From Candidatus Sysuimicrobium tengchongense (GTDB lineage Bacteria; Sysuimicrobiota; Sysuimicrobiia; Sysuimicrobiales; Sysuimicrobiaceae): a stretch of 64,000 nucleotides of DNA. Shown here piece after piece: positions 38,992 to 46,354 of the stretch. Position 1 is the first letter of the stretch. Each line of letters begins with the position of its first letter. The position numbers were made by a program, and so were the translations under genes. The notes below the pieces were generated by a model. That model had not been told where the DNA came from. It did no database searches and worked only from the letters and a program-made list of their open reading frames with translations. Location of the stretch: contig JAVKGW010000010.1 in assembly GCA_031460175.1 (NCBI GenBank), forward strand, positions 15,127-79,126. Reading direction: 5' to 3'.

Positions 38992-39513
38992 GTGTCCGAA
39001 CCGGCAGAGGAGGATGACGTGCAAGGTCCAGGCGCGTACGAGGTGACCTTCGAGGCAGAAGCCCGGGCTCTGGAAGGGATGCGCAAGGTGGCCGTCACGC
39101 GGGTGACCCGCCCAGGGGGGCCCGCGGAGGCCTACACCCTGGTGAGTGACGAAGGACCGCACCTGGACGGGGAGGGAAGTGCCCCCACCCCGCTCACGTA
39201 CTTCGTCGCCGGGGTTGCCTTCTGAATCCTCACCCAGCTCTCGCGGTCCGCGAGAGACCTGAAGGTGCCGGTGGAGGACGCCCGGGCCACGGTCACCGCT
39301 CGTTTCCGCCGGACCGGATCCGTGCTGCAGGAGACGGCCCGGGGAGAGTGCGTGGGCTTCACCATCCACTTGAGCGTCCGCTCTGGCGCCGACCCGGAGG
39401 TGGTGCGGCGCGTGCTCCAGACCGCACACGCCACCTGTTACACAGAGGCCTGCCTGCGCGCGGAGGTCCCCGTCGAGATCCACCACGAGGTGAACGGCGT
39501 GCCCGTTCCTTAG
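38992..39513 (+). CDS. Ohr/OsmC-family peroxiredoxin-like protein interrupted by one in-frame TGA (candidate selenocysteine codon, or nonsense pseudogene)
   Basis: Table ORFs 38992..39225 and 39265..39513 are in the same frame, separated only by TGA at 39223-39225. The joined product is ...VSDEGPHLDGEGSAPTPLTYFVAGVAF[TGA]ILTQLSRSARDLKVPVEDARATVT...CVGFTIHLSVRSGADPEVVRRVLQTAHATCYTEACLRAEVPVEIHHEV. The first half matches the OsmC/Ohr N-terminal motif (G..P.ELL.A.AGYAAC), with TGA at the catalytic-Cys position. The second half carries the AH..C(P)Y resolving-Cys region. Alternative start GTG 39019 after GAGGAGG. Confidence 0.6.
39238..39256 (+). other. bSECIS-like stem-loop 13 nt downstream of the in-frame UGA
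   Basis: CUCUCGCG-GUCC-CGCGAGAG hairpin (39238-39256), 7-8 bp GC-rich stem with apical loop beginning with G. The loop lies about 22 nt after the UGA, within the usual bacterial SECIS spacing window of 16-37 nt. Confidence 0.4.
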
Positions 39514-39778
39514 GAGCCCATCCGGGGACCCTGCCAGCCCGACTCGAGCACCCGCAGTACCTCTTCCATGGCTTCCTCAGCACCACGGGCAAGCGCGTCC
39601 GCGCTCCTCCGCTGCAGTCACCCCGGAGTGCTCCGGGTACTGCGCCGAGTTGGCCGCCGCCTCCACCGCCCGGCCCCGGAGGGCCAGGAGCAGCAACGCC
39701 ACCAGCTTCGCCCCGCAGCACGCTGCGAGAAGCCCGAAAGCTCCCAGTCCCGCAACCCACTCCACGGTCCACCCCTCG

Positions 39779-41440
39779 CTAGCCCGCGCAGCAGCTCAGC
39801 CGGGCCGGATCCTTCTCGAAGGCCTGCGCCGTCAGCTTGAGCCCCTCCACGAGGGTCAGGTACGGGAACACGAGCCGGCTCAAGCGCTGCACCGTGTAGC
39901 CTTCCCGGATGGCCAGCACCGCGGTCTGGATCACCTCCCCGGCTTCCGCGGCCAGCACGGAGGCACCCAGCAGCCGGTCGGTGCTGCGGTCCGCCACCAG
40001 CTTGATCAGCCCGCGCAGGTCGCGGGCCACCCGGGCCCGCGCCAGGTGCTCCAGGCCGAGGACCGCGGTCTTCACCTCGAACCCGCGTTCACGGGCCTGC
40101 GCTTCCGTCCACCCGGCACTGGCGACTTGAGGATCGGTGAAAGTGACCCTCGGGAGGGCTTCCAGGTCCAACGGGCGGTGGTTGCCGTTCAACGCGTTCT
40201 CCGCGGCCACGGTGCCCATGTGGGCCGCCACGTACACGAACATGGGGTCACCCGTGCAGTCCCCCGCGGCGTAGACGGAAGGGTTCGTGGTCTGGGCGTA
40301 CTCGTTGACCCGAACCTCGCCCTTTGGGCCCAGTTCGACACCGGCCTCCTCCAGCCCCAGGCCCGCGGTGTTGGGACGACGTCCGGTGGCCACCAGCAAC
40401 TGCTCGGCTTCCACCACCTCCTCACGCTCGCCTTCCGTGAAGGTCACCCGGTAGCGGCCGCCGACCCGCTCCACCCGGGAGATCCGCACACCCGGCCGGA
40501 CGACCATCCCTTCATCCTCCAGGTAACGCCGCAAGGCTTCCCCGACCTCCGGTTCCTCAAGGGGTACGACCCGTGGGAGGGCCTCCAGCACCGTGACGTG
40601 AGTCCCCGCCCGCAGGTACGTCTGCGCGAGCTCCAGGCCCACCGCGCTCGCGCCGATCACCACCAGGGACCGCGGGAGTTCCTTCAGGTTCACGGCCTCG
40701 TTGCTGGTGAGGTACCCGCTTTCCTCCAGGCCGGGAATCGGGGGTGCCCAGGGTCGGGCTCCCGTGGCCAGCACGATCCGGTGCGGACGGAAGAGGGTCC
40801 CGTCCACCTGCACCGTGCCATCCGCGCGCAACCGAGCCTGCCCCGAGATGTACCGGATCCCCGGGTACGCCTCGAGCACGTCCGTGTACTTCTCGCGGCG
40901 CAGCTCGGTCACCAGCTCGTCCTTGTGGCGCACCACCTGGTGCCAGCGGAGGTTCCCCGCCGTGGTAGAGATCCCCTGGAAGCGGTGCAGGCTCGCCTGG
41001 TGATAGGCCTCCACCGCGCGGATGAGGGCCTTGCTGGGGATGCAGCCGACGTTCACGCAGGTGCCGCCCACCGTCCCGCGCTCCACCAGGACCACCCGGG
41101 CCCCCAGCTCCGCCCCGCGGATGGCAGCCGCAAACCCTGCAGACCCGCCACCCACCACCAGCAGGTCCACCGCCTCCGCCGGCCCGGCGCCACGCTCCTC
41201 CAGGTCCAGGACCCTGCGCTCCCGCACCGCGGCGCGGTAGCCGGCCTCCTGCACCGCCCGCACCAGCACCTCCGGCTGCACGGGGCCCGAGGCGACGACC
41301 CGCGCCCGCCGGGACTCCCACCCCGGTACCTGTACTGCCACCACCCCCGGGACGTGTTCCAGGGCCTCCCGGACGTGCTCCGCACACGCGTCACACGTCA
41401 TGCCTTCTACGTCCAACACGAACTCCGCTCTCGCCTCCAT
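39779..41440 (-). CDS. merA: mercuric reductase MerA with N-terminal HMA (GMTCxxC) domain
   Basis: MEARAEFVLDVEGMTCDACAEHVREALEHVPGVVAVQV (HMA domain), then DLLVVGGGSAGFAAAIRGAELGARVVLVERGTVGGTCVNVGCIPSKALIRAVEAYHQASLHRFQGI... and a C-terminal ...KDPARLSCCAG (vicinal Cys pair). Preferred ATG at 41440 has a GGGAGGG RBS; the table start at 41458 has none. Confidence 0.9.
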   Translation of the reverse strand: MEARAEFVLDVEGMTCDACAEHVREALEHVPGVVAVQVPGWESRRARVVASGPVQPEVLVRAVQEAGYRAAVRERRVLDLEERGAGPAEAVDLLVVGGGSAGFAAAIRGAELGARVVLVERGTVGGTCVNVGCIPSKALIRAVEAYHQASLHRFQGISTTAGNLRWHQVVRHKDELVTELRREKYTDVLEAYPGIRYISGQARLRADGTVQVDGTLFRPHRIVLATGARPWAPPIPGLEESGYLTSNEAVNLKELPRSLVVIGASAVGLELAQTYLRAGTHVTVLEALPRVVPLEEPEVGEALRRYLEDEGMVVRPGVRISRVERVGGRYRVTFTEGEREEVVEAEQLLVATGRRPNTAGLGLEEAGVELGPKGEVRVNEYAQTTNPSVYAAGDCTGDPMFVYVAAHMGTVAAENALNGNHRPLDLEALPRVTFTDPQVASAGWTEAQARERGFEVKTAVLGLEHLARARVARDLRGLIKLVADRSTDRLLGASVLAAEAGEVIQTAVLAIREGYTVQRLSRLVFPYLTLVEGLKLTAQAFEKDPARLSCCAG

Positions 41441-41455
41441 AGAAACCCTCCCGTT

Positions 41456-41490
41456 CATTATATACTAAAATTCGTATAGTTATCTTACCT
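41456..41490 (-). promoter_or_regulatory. AT-rich merA promoter/operator island: -10 TATAAT plus inverted repeat TATAC-N8-GTATA
   Basis: A 35-nt AT-rich patch in an otherwise 70% GC context. The minus strand reads ...AGATAACTATACGAATTTTAGTATATAATGAACGGGAGGGTTTCTATG. A TATAAT sits 16 nt before the merA ATG, with a 5-bp inverted repeat (41461-41465/41474-41478) in the spacer. This layout is MerR-operator-like. Confidence 0.4.
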
Positions 41491-41516
41491 CGTTCGTCGG
41501 ACCCGTCAAGCGAACT

Positions 41517-42443
41517 TCAGTCCTCCACGGGACAGGCCAGGGCCTGCTCCACGAGGTCCGCGAGGCGCGCTCGTGCCAGGGCCACGCACGAATCCGCCGC
41601 CCCGTAGTACAGCCACACCATTCCCTCGCGGGCCAGGGCACCGCACGTGAACACGATGTTGAACCCGTTCCCGACGCGCTCGTACGGAGCCTCCGGGCTG
41701 AGCACCGGGTGCGCACACCGGCTGGTCACACGAGCCGGGTTTTCCAAGTCCAGCAAGGCCACGCCCAGCCGGTAGTTGGGAACACCTGCCACCACCTTCA
41801 CGCCGTGGTAGATCACCAGCCACCCCTCCGGGGTCTCCACGGGCACGGCCCCGGCCCCTACACGGGCCCCGTCCCACCAGGTGCCACCCCGTTCGGGGAG
41901 CACCAGTTGTGGCCTTCCCCAGAAGGCGAGGTCGGGAGACTCCGCGACCCATATGTGCTCCGCACCCCCGGACGAAGGCCGGTGCAGCAGCCACCACCGC
42001 CCACGGATGCGGCGGGGGAAGAGGGCCGCGTCCTTGTTGGGGGGTGGGAGGACGAGCCCCAGACGCCGGACGGAACGGAAGTCCCGGGTGGTGGCCAGCG
42101 CCACCGCGGGTCCGCTGGGACCCACGGCCACGTACGCGATCACCCACTCTCCCAGCTCCTCGACGAAGGTCACCCGGGGGTCCTCACAGCCCAGGGCTTC
42201 GTAGCGCTCGTCGCCCCCGTCCGGGGACAGGAGGGGCTCCGGGTCCACCCTCCAGCTGCCGATCCCGTCCGGGCTTCGGGCCACGTGGAGGCTGGACCGC
42301 CCGTCCGTCCCCTCCACCCGCAGGAGGAGCACCACCTCGCCCTCGACCTCCGCCACCCCGGGGTTGTAGACCCCGAGGGCCGGCACGGGCAGATCTGACG
42401 CACGCAGGATCGGGTTGCCCTCGTACCTCCGGAAGATGTCCAT
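41517..42443 (-). CDS. glycoside hydrolase family 130 (beta-mannoside phosphorylase-like, DUF377)
   Basis: MDIFRRYEGNPILRASDLPVPALGVYNPGVAEVEGEVVLLLRVEG...WGRPQLVLPERGGTWWDGARVGAGAVPVETPEGWLVIYHGV... is the GH130 five-bladed propeller signature. ATG at 42443 with GAGGAGG RBS. Confidence 0.8.
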   Translation of the reverse strand: MDIFRRYEGNPILRASDLPVPALGVYNPGVAEVEGEVVLLLRVEGTDGRSSLHVARSPDGIGSWRVDPEPLLSPDGGDERYEALGCEDPRVTFVEELGEWVIAYVAVGPSGPAVALATTRDFRSVRRLGLVLPPPNKDAALFPRRIRGRWWLLHRPSSGGAEHIWVAESPDLAFWGRPQLVLPERGGTWWDGARVGAGAVPVETPEGWLVIYHGVKVVAGVPNYRLGVALLDLENPARVTSRCAHPVLSPEAPYERVGNGFNIVFTCGALAREGMVWLYYGAADSCVALARARLADLVEQALACPVED

Positions 42444-42655
42444 GTGCCTCCTCTACACGCACGCGTCGTGTTCGGGCCTGACCCTCAGCCGAGGCGCAGC
42501 CACGCCGCAGCCGCCACAGCAGGTCCCTGCGCACCTCCCGCTCCGTACGGACCCGAAGGCGGACGCCGGTGATGGTATCTAGCTTCCATCCCACCGGCGC
42601 TTCCCCCTGGACCGGCGCGCTCTGCCGCCCGCCTTTTGCCCGGAGCGTCCGCGGT

Positions 42656-42805
42656 CTACCCGCGCTCGGTCGCCTCCTCCTTCACCCCGGCCTCGACTTC
42701 CGGGGTGTCCGACTTCTCCCGCTCCCGCCGCTTCTTGAGCGCCTCCTGTTGCCGCTCCCACTCCTCCGCCACGGCCCAGTCAACTCCACCGCAGCACCCG
42801 CACAT
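42656..42805 (-). CDS. unlisted 49-aa Cys-rich micro-ORF: MCGCCGGVDWAVAEEWERQQEALKKRREREKSDTPEVEAGVKEEATERG
   Basis: ATG at 42805 ('cat' at 42803-42805) preceded by AAAGGAGGGAG. Ends at TAG 42656-42658. It is below the 60-aa cutoff of the ORF table. N-terminal CxCC cluster, then a highly charged helix. It lies directly upstream of the BMC-domain gene on the same strand. Confidence 0.35.
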   Translation of the reverse strand: MCGCCGGVDWAVAEEWERQQEALKKRREREKSDTPEVEAGVKEEATERG

Positions 42806-42833
42806 GCTCTCCCTCCTTTCTGTGTCTTCTCAC

Positions 42834-43118
42834 CTACGGATTCCACCACCGTCCACCCGGCAGATCGAACAGGCCGAGGACGCGGTTGTCCACGTTGGGG
42901 ATCAGGGTCGTCGTCAGGCCCTCTGGAGCTCCCGTCTTTGCCGCCTGCAGCGCCCGCTCCACCTCGTCCGTGTCCCCCTCCACCACCAAGGACACCCGGC
43001 CCTCGCCCAGGTACTCCCGCCGCACGAGACGCACGGACGCGGCCTTGACCATGCGGTCGGCCGCCCCCACCACGTCCGCCAGGCAGTCGCACTCCACGAT
43101 TCCCACCGAACGTGCCAT
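42834..43118 (-). CDS. BMC (bacterial microcompartment shell, PduA/EutM/CcmK-type) domain protein, 94 aa
   Basis: ATG at 43118 ('cat' at 43116-43118) with AAAGGAGGAGAG RBS. MARSVGIVECDCLADVVGAADRMVKAASVRLVRREYLGEGRVSLVVEGDTDEVERALQAAKTGAPEGLTTTLIPNVD aligns along its length with the BMC-H consensus (ALGMVETKGL.AAIEAADAMVKAANV.LVGYEKIGSG.VTVIVRGDVGAVKAA.DAG...IPRPH). Confidence 0.6.
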   Translation of the reverse strand: MARSVGIVECDCLADVVGAADRMVKAASVRLVRREYLGEGRVSLVVEGDTDEVERALQAAKTGAPEGLTTTLIPNVDNRVLGLFDLPGGRWWNP

Positions 43119-43146
43119 GGCACTCTCCTCCTTTCCTTTTTGTCCT

Positions 43147-43746
43147 TCAGTGCCGTCCACCCATCATCCCCGACATCATCCCCTGGACCATCTGCCGCAC
43201 GTGCGCGGGAAGCTGCGGCAGGACCGCCTCCGTCAGCTCCATCTCCTTACGCATCATCTCCTCGCCCCGCTCCATGAGGATGCTCATGTGGGTTCCCATC
43301 AGCTTCTTGCGGTCCGTCTCCGACAGCTCTGCCAGCACCTCGAACCGCGTCTTGAACAGCTTCTTCTTGTCCTCGTCGGGAAGCGCCGCCACCGCATCCA
43401 TCATGGCCGCCATCGCCCGCTTGCGCTCCGCCTCGCCCATCTCCGCGAACATCCGCAGGCGCTCGCCCAACATGACCTTTCGCTGCGCGTCGGGCATCCG
43501 GGCCAACCCGGCCGCCATGTCCCGCATGGCGGCCGCGCTCATCATCTCCTGTCCCGGTGCCTGCCGGGCCGACACCGGTGCCTCGGCCTGCGCCGGGCTC
43601 GCCAGGAGGATGAGGGAGACCACCACCACCGCCAGACCCAGCACGACGTCGTTGGTCAGCGCAGGCCCTCCGCCGTAGCCCAAAATCCACGGGGCGACGA
43701 CGAGCCAAGCTCCCAGAACCAGGTTCACCCACGCCCACCCTTTCAT
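43147..43746 (-). CDS. membrane protein with SPW-repeat-like TM pair and Met-rich helical domain (199 aa)
   Basis: ATG at 43746 with GGGAGGTGA RBS. MKGWAWVNLVLGAWLVVAPWILGYGGGPALTNDVVLGLAVVVVSLILLASPA, then a Met/Glu/Lys/Arg-rich region (AAMRDMAAGLARMPDAQRKVMLGERLRMFAEMGEAERKRAMAAMMDAVAALPDEDKKKLFKTRFEVLAELSETDRKKLMGTHM...). It shares an LP-x-E/D...R...E.LA.LS.D.R motif with the two upstream membrane proteins. Confidence 0.5.
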   Translation of the reverse strand: MKGWAWVNLVLGAWLVVAPWILGYGGGPALTNDVVLGLAVVVVSLILLASPAQAEAPVSARQAPGQEMMSAAAMRDMAAGLARMPDAQRKVMLGERLRMFAEMGEAERKRAMAAMMDAVAALPDEDKKKLFKTRFEVLAELSETDRKKLMGTHMSILMERGEEMMRKEMELTEAVLPQLPAHVRQMVQGMMSGMMGGRH

Positions 43747-43767
43747 GCTGCTCACCTCCCTCATCCC

Positions 43768-45174
43768 TCACGGGGTCTCGAACAATACCCGGTCCATGGA
43801 CGACATCACCACCCGCCGCCGGTCCGGTGGCAGCTCCGCGAGCGCCTCCAGTCGCTCGCGGGCCATCAGGTCGCGAACCTCCTCGGGCGCCTGCGCGAGG
43901 GCCTCCTGCATGGCCCGCAGGTAGAGCAGCCGCTGCCGCTCCGGCATCTCTGCGAGGGCAGCCACCACCTTGCCCAGGACCTTCCGACGCACCCCCGGCA
44001 GCTGGGCGGGAAGGACCACCGCCACCATCTGCTGCACCAGGGCCTGGCGCTGGTTCACCTGCGCGATCACCCGGAAGCCCGTCAAGCACGCAAGGCCCCA
44101 CAGGAAGAAGGGGATCCCGACCGCCAGCATGGGGCCCTTGTTCAGCTGACCGAAGTGCCCCTCGATCAGGAGCATCAGCCCGATCACCAGGGGCACGACG
44201 CCCAGGACGTACAGAACTTCCTTGACCCAGGTCTGTGTCACGGTTTCCCGGATGAAGGGCTCGCCGATCGCCTTCTTGTACCCGCCCCGCACCCCCACCA
44301 GCCACACGTAGCCGAAAGCCAGAAAGACCAGTCCGGGCCACGGCCCCCTGTGCTCCATCGCCTCCCGCGCTTCCTCCCAAAATCCCGCGTCGAAGGGCGC
44401 AATGCCCTTAAAGACGTGGTGGAAGCCCAGAGCGATGGCCAGCACGGTTACGGCCAGGAACGTCTCCTTGAGGAAGATGCCCCACCACCCGTACCACTCG
44501 TCCCGCACCAGACGTGCCATCCGCATGAAGAGCTTGGCCATGCCCCGGAGGGGAATCAGGGGGATGAAGCCGAACGCCATGGCGAAGGCGATCCCCCACC
44601 AGTTCCACCGGGGGATCGCCACGGGCACACCTTCGGGCGGGTGGGGCCCGATCAGGTAGCGGATGCCGAACAGTAGCGCCACGGTCCCGCAGCACAGCAC
44701 CCGGCCGTCCCCGAACAGGAGGTCGGGACGGAAGAACATCCGGATGGGGCGACCGATGGCCTGCCGCAGGCTCGGCAGGATGGCAAACAGCGTGAGGTCC
44801 ACCGGGAGTAACACCCACAAGACCACCTTCGCCCAGTACGGCAGACCGGACTGCAGGACGAACCCCATCGCGGGGATGTACGCCATGCTGAGCACGCCGA
44901 GGATGAACAGCGGGGCGCGGTAGGAAAGGTACCGGCGGCCCAGCTTCCGTCCCACGGGCCAAAGCATGATGGTGGTCACCGTAGCCCAGATGGCCACCGC
45001 CACCCCATGCTCCCGGCCACCGACCAACCAGGTTCCCACCAGCACGGCCCACAGGGCCACCAGGGCGGGCAGGAGCTCTTCCCGGAATCCCTCGAGGACC
45101 GGCAGCCCGGGCGGGATCAGGGGAAGACGCGATACTGCAGGGATCCTGGTGGCCACGGCTCCTCGCCTCCACAT
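43768..45174 (-). CDS. large polytopic membrane protein, hypothetical (paralogue B)
   Basis: Preferred ATG at 45174 (MWRRGAVATRIP...); the table start at 45225 is TTG. At least 10 TM helices plus a C-terminal soluble helical module (LAEMPERQRLLYLRAMQEALAQAPEEVRDLMARERLEALAELPPDRRRVVMSSMDRV). A CTTGACA -35 element at 45220-45226 (minus sense) lies just upstream. Confidence 0.5.
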   Translation of the reverse strand: MWRRGAVATRIPAVSRLPLIPPGLPVLEGFREELLPALVALWAVLVGTWLVGGREHGVAVAIWATVTTIMLWPVGRKLGRRYLSYRAPLFILGVLSMAYIPAMGFVLQSGLPYWAKVVLWVLLPVDLTLFAILPSLRQAIGRPIRMFFRPDLLFGDGRVLCCGTVALLFGIRYLIGPHPPEGVPVAIPRWNWWGIAFAMAFGFIPLIPLRGMAKLFMRMARLVRDEWYGWWGIFLKETFLAVTVLAIALGFHHVFKGIAPFDAGFWEEAREAMEHRGPWPGLVFLAFGYVWLVGVRGGYKKAIGEPFIRETVTQTWVKEVLYVLGVVPLVIGLMLLIEGHFGQLNKGPMLAVGIPFFLWGLACLTGFRVIAQVNQRQALVQQMVAVVLPAQLPGVRRKVLGKVVAALAEMPERQRLLYLRAMQEALAQAPEEVRDLMARERLEALAELPPDRRRVVMSSMDRVLFETP

Positions 45175-45249
45175 ATATTCGTTTTGCCGTATTGGTTTCC
45201 TACCATACCGTCCTGCGCGTGTCAAGGGAATCCATGAACCAAACGCCTC

Positions 45250-46293
45250 CTACCGGCCCGGAGGCAGGAGCGCTCCGAGCAGGCTCGCGGCGTGTGCTAG
45301 GTCCGACGCCTTCAGGGCGAAGAAGCCAATGGGCCCGGCCATGACCACGTGGGCCACGAACGGCACGAGCAGGAACCGGGGCATGGGGAACCGGATGGCC
45401 GGCATCATGACGGGCATGGCCACCATCATGCCGGCCCAGATGAACAGGCCCCATGCCACGGCAAGCCACCAGCTACCCCGGCCGAACAGGAGGGTGTAGG
45501 TGATCCCGAACCCGAGACCATTGAGCAGATGCCACCCGTACCCCGCCAGGAGGACCGTACTCCAGGCAACCCCGGCTTCCGCAGCCGTCTTCGGCACCGC
45601 CACAGAGAGGAACTGCCGCACCAGCTCCATGGGAACCCTAGGGAGGCCCCGCGGCTGGGCGTACACGGAGTCCGCGGGGCTGGCCACCGCTCGGTCCATG
45701 GCGCGGAACACAACTCGGCGAATGTCTGCGGACAGGCTGGCCAGGACCTCCAGTTGCACCTGCACCAGCTGCTCGCGGGCGTCGGCGGGCAGCTCTTCCA
45801 GGCCCTTGCGCATCCCCCGCACCACGGCCACGCGCACCGGTTCGGGCAAGCCCGCCAGGGCCGCGAGCCGTTCCTCCAGCATCCGACGGCGCGCCTCCCC
45901 ATCGGTCCTCGCGAGGTGCTTCACCATCTCCGCCACGGTGTTCTCCTGCAGCCTTGGCCCGAGGCCCAGGGCCAGAAGCCCGAACACCCGCGGCATGTCC
46001 ACGGGAAACGCCCGCAGCACGTGGTGCCCGAACAGCCGAACCACGTCCAGGGCCGCGGTGGCCACCGCACCGCCCAAAGCACCCCAGCCCACCAGCTCCA
46101 GCACGCCCGGATCCGCCGCCCGCGCCGCCAGCAAGGCTGCCGCCAGGGCTACCCCGCCGGGCGGCCACCACCACCGGATCGCCCGAGGGGCCGGGAGGTC
46201 CAGGATGCGATCCGCCAGGAGGGTGAGGATCGGGAGGTTCACCGCGACAACCGCCACGAACCAGAGCAGCCAGTGCACCGGGCCCTCCCGCAT
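45250..46293 (-). CDS. polytopic membrane protein, hypothetical (paralogue A)
   Basis: ATG at 46293. TM helices flank an internal soluble module (EERLAALAGLPEPVRVAVVRGMRKGLEELPADAREQLVQVQLEVLASLSADIRRVVFRAMDRAV) homologous to the modules in the two downstream genes. Confidence 0.55.
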   Translation of the reverse strand: MREGPVHWLLWFVAVVAVNLPILTLLADRILDLPAPRAIRWWWPPGGVALAAALLAARAADPGVLELVGWGALGGAVATAALDVVRLFGHHVLRAFPVDMPRVFGLLALGLGPRLQENTVAEMVKHLARTDGEARRRMLEERLAALAGLPEPVRVAVVRGMRKGLEELPADAREQLVQVQLEVLASLSADIRRVVFRAMDRAVASPADSVYAQPRGLPRVPMELVRQFLSVAVPKTAAEAGVAWSTVLLAGYGWHLLNGLGFGITYTLLFGRGSWWLAVAWGLFIWAGMMVAMPVMMPAIRFPMPRFLLVPFVAHVVMAGPIGFFALKASDLAHAASLLGALLPPGR

Positions 46294-46310
46294 GTAATAC
46301 GGTAAGCCGT

Positions 46311-46340
46311 ATATTATGCTCCTGGGGTCACCCTGTCAAG
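46311..46340 (-). promoter_or_regulatory. sigma-70-type promoter for membrane-protein paralogue A (CTTGACA - 17 nt - TAATAT), very short leader
   Basis: Minus strand reads gcaCTTGACAgggtgaccccaggagcaTAATATacggcttaccgtattacATG. The -35 maps to 46334-46340, the -10 to 46311-46316, and the ATG to 46293, so the leader is only 10-12 nt with no SD. Confidence 0.45.
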
Positions 46341-46354
46341 TGCCCAGCGTGGTG

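Noticed and set aside
38992-39513. Treating the TGA-interrupted OsmC-like gene simply as two separate small genes (77 and 82 aa)
   Set aside because: Both halves are in one frame, neither half is a complete fold, and the second lacks its own RBS. A single interrupted gene (Sec or nonsense) explains the data better.
42184-42594. 136-aa minus-strand ORF starting MGWKLDTITGVRLRVRTEREVRR
   Set aside because: Most of it overlaps the GH130 gene in another frame. The 49 non-overlapping codons are Arg-rich with no RBS.
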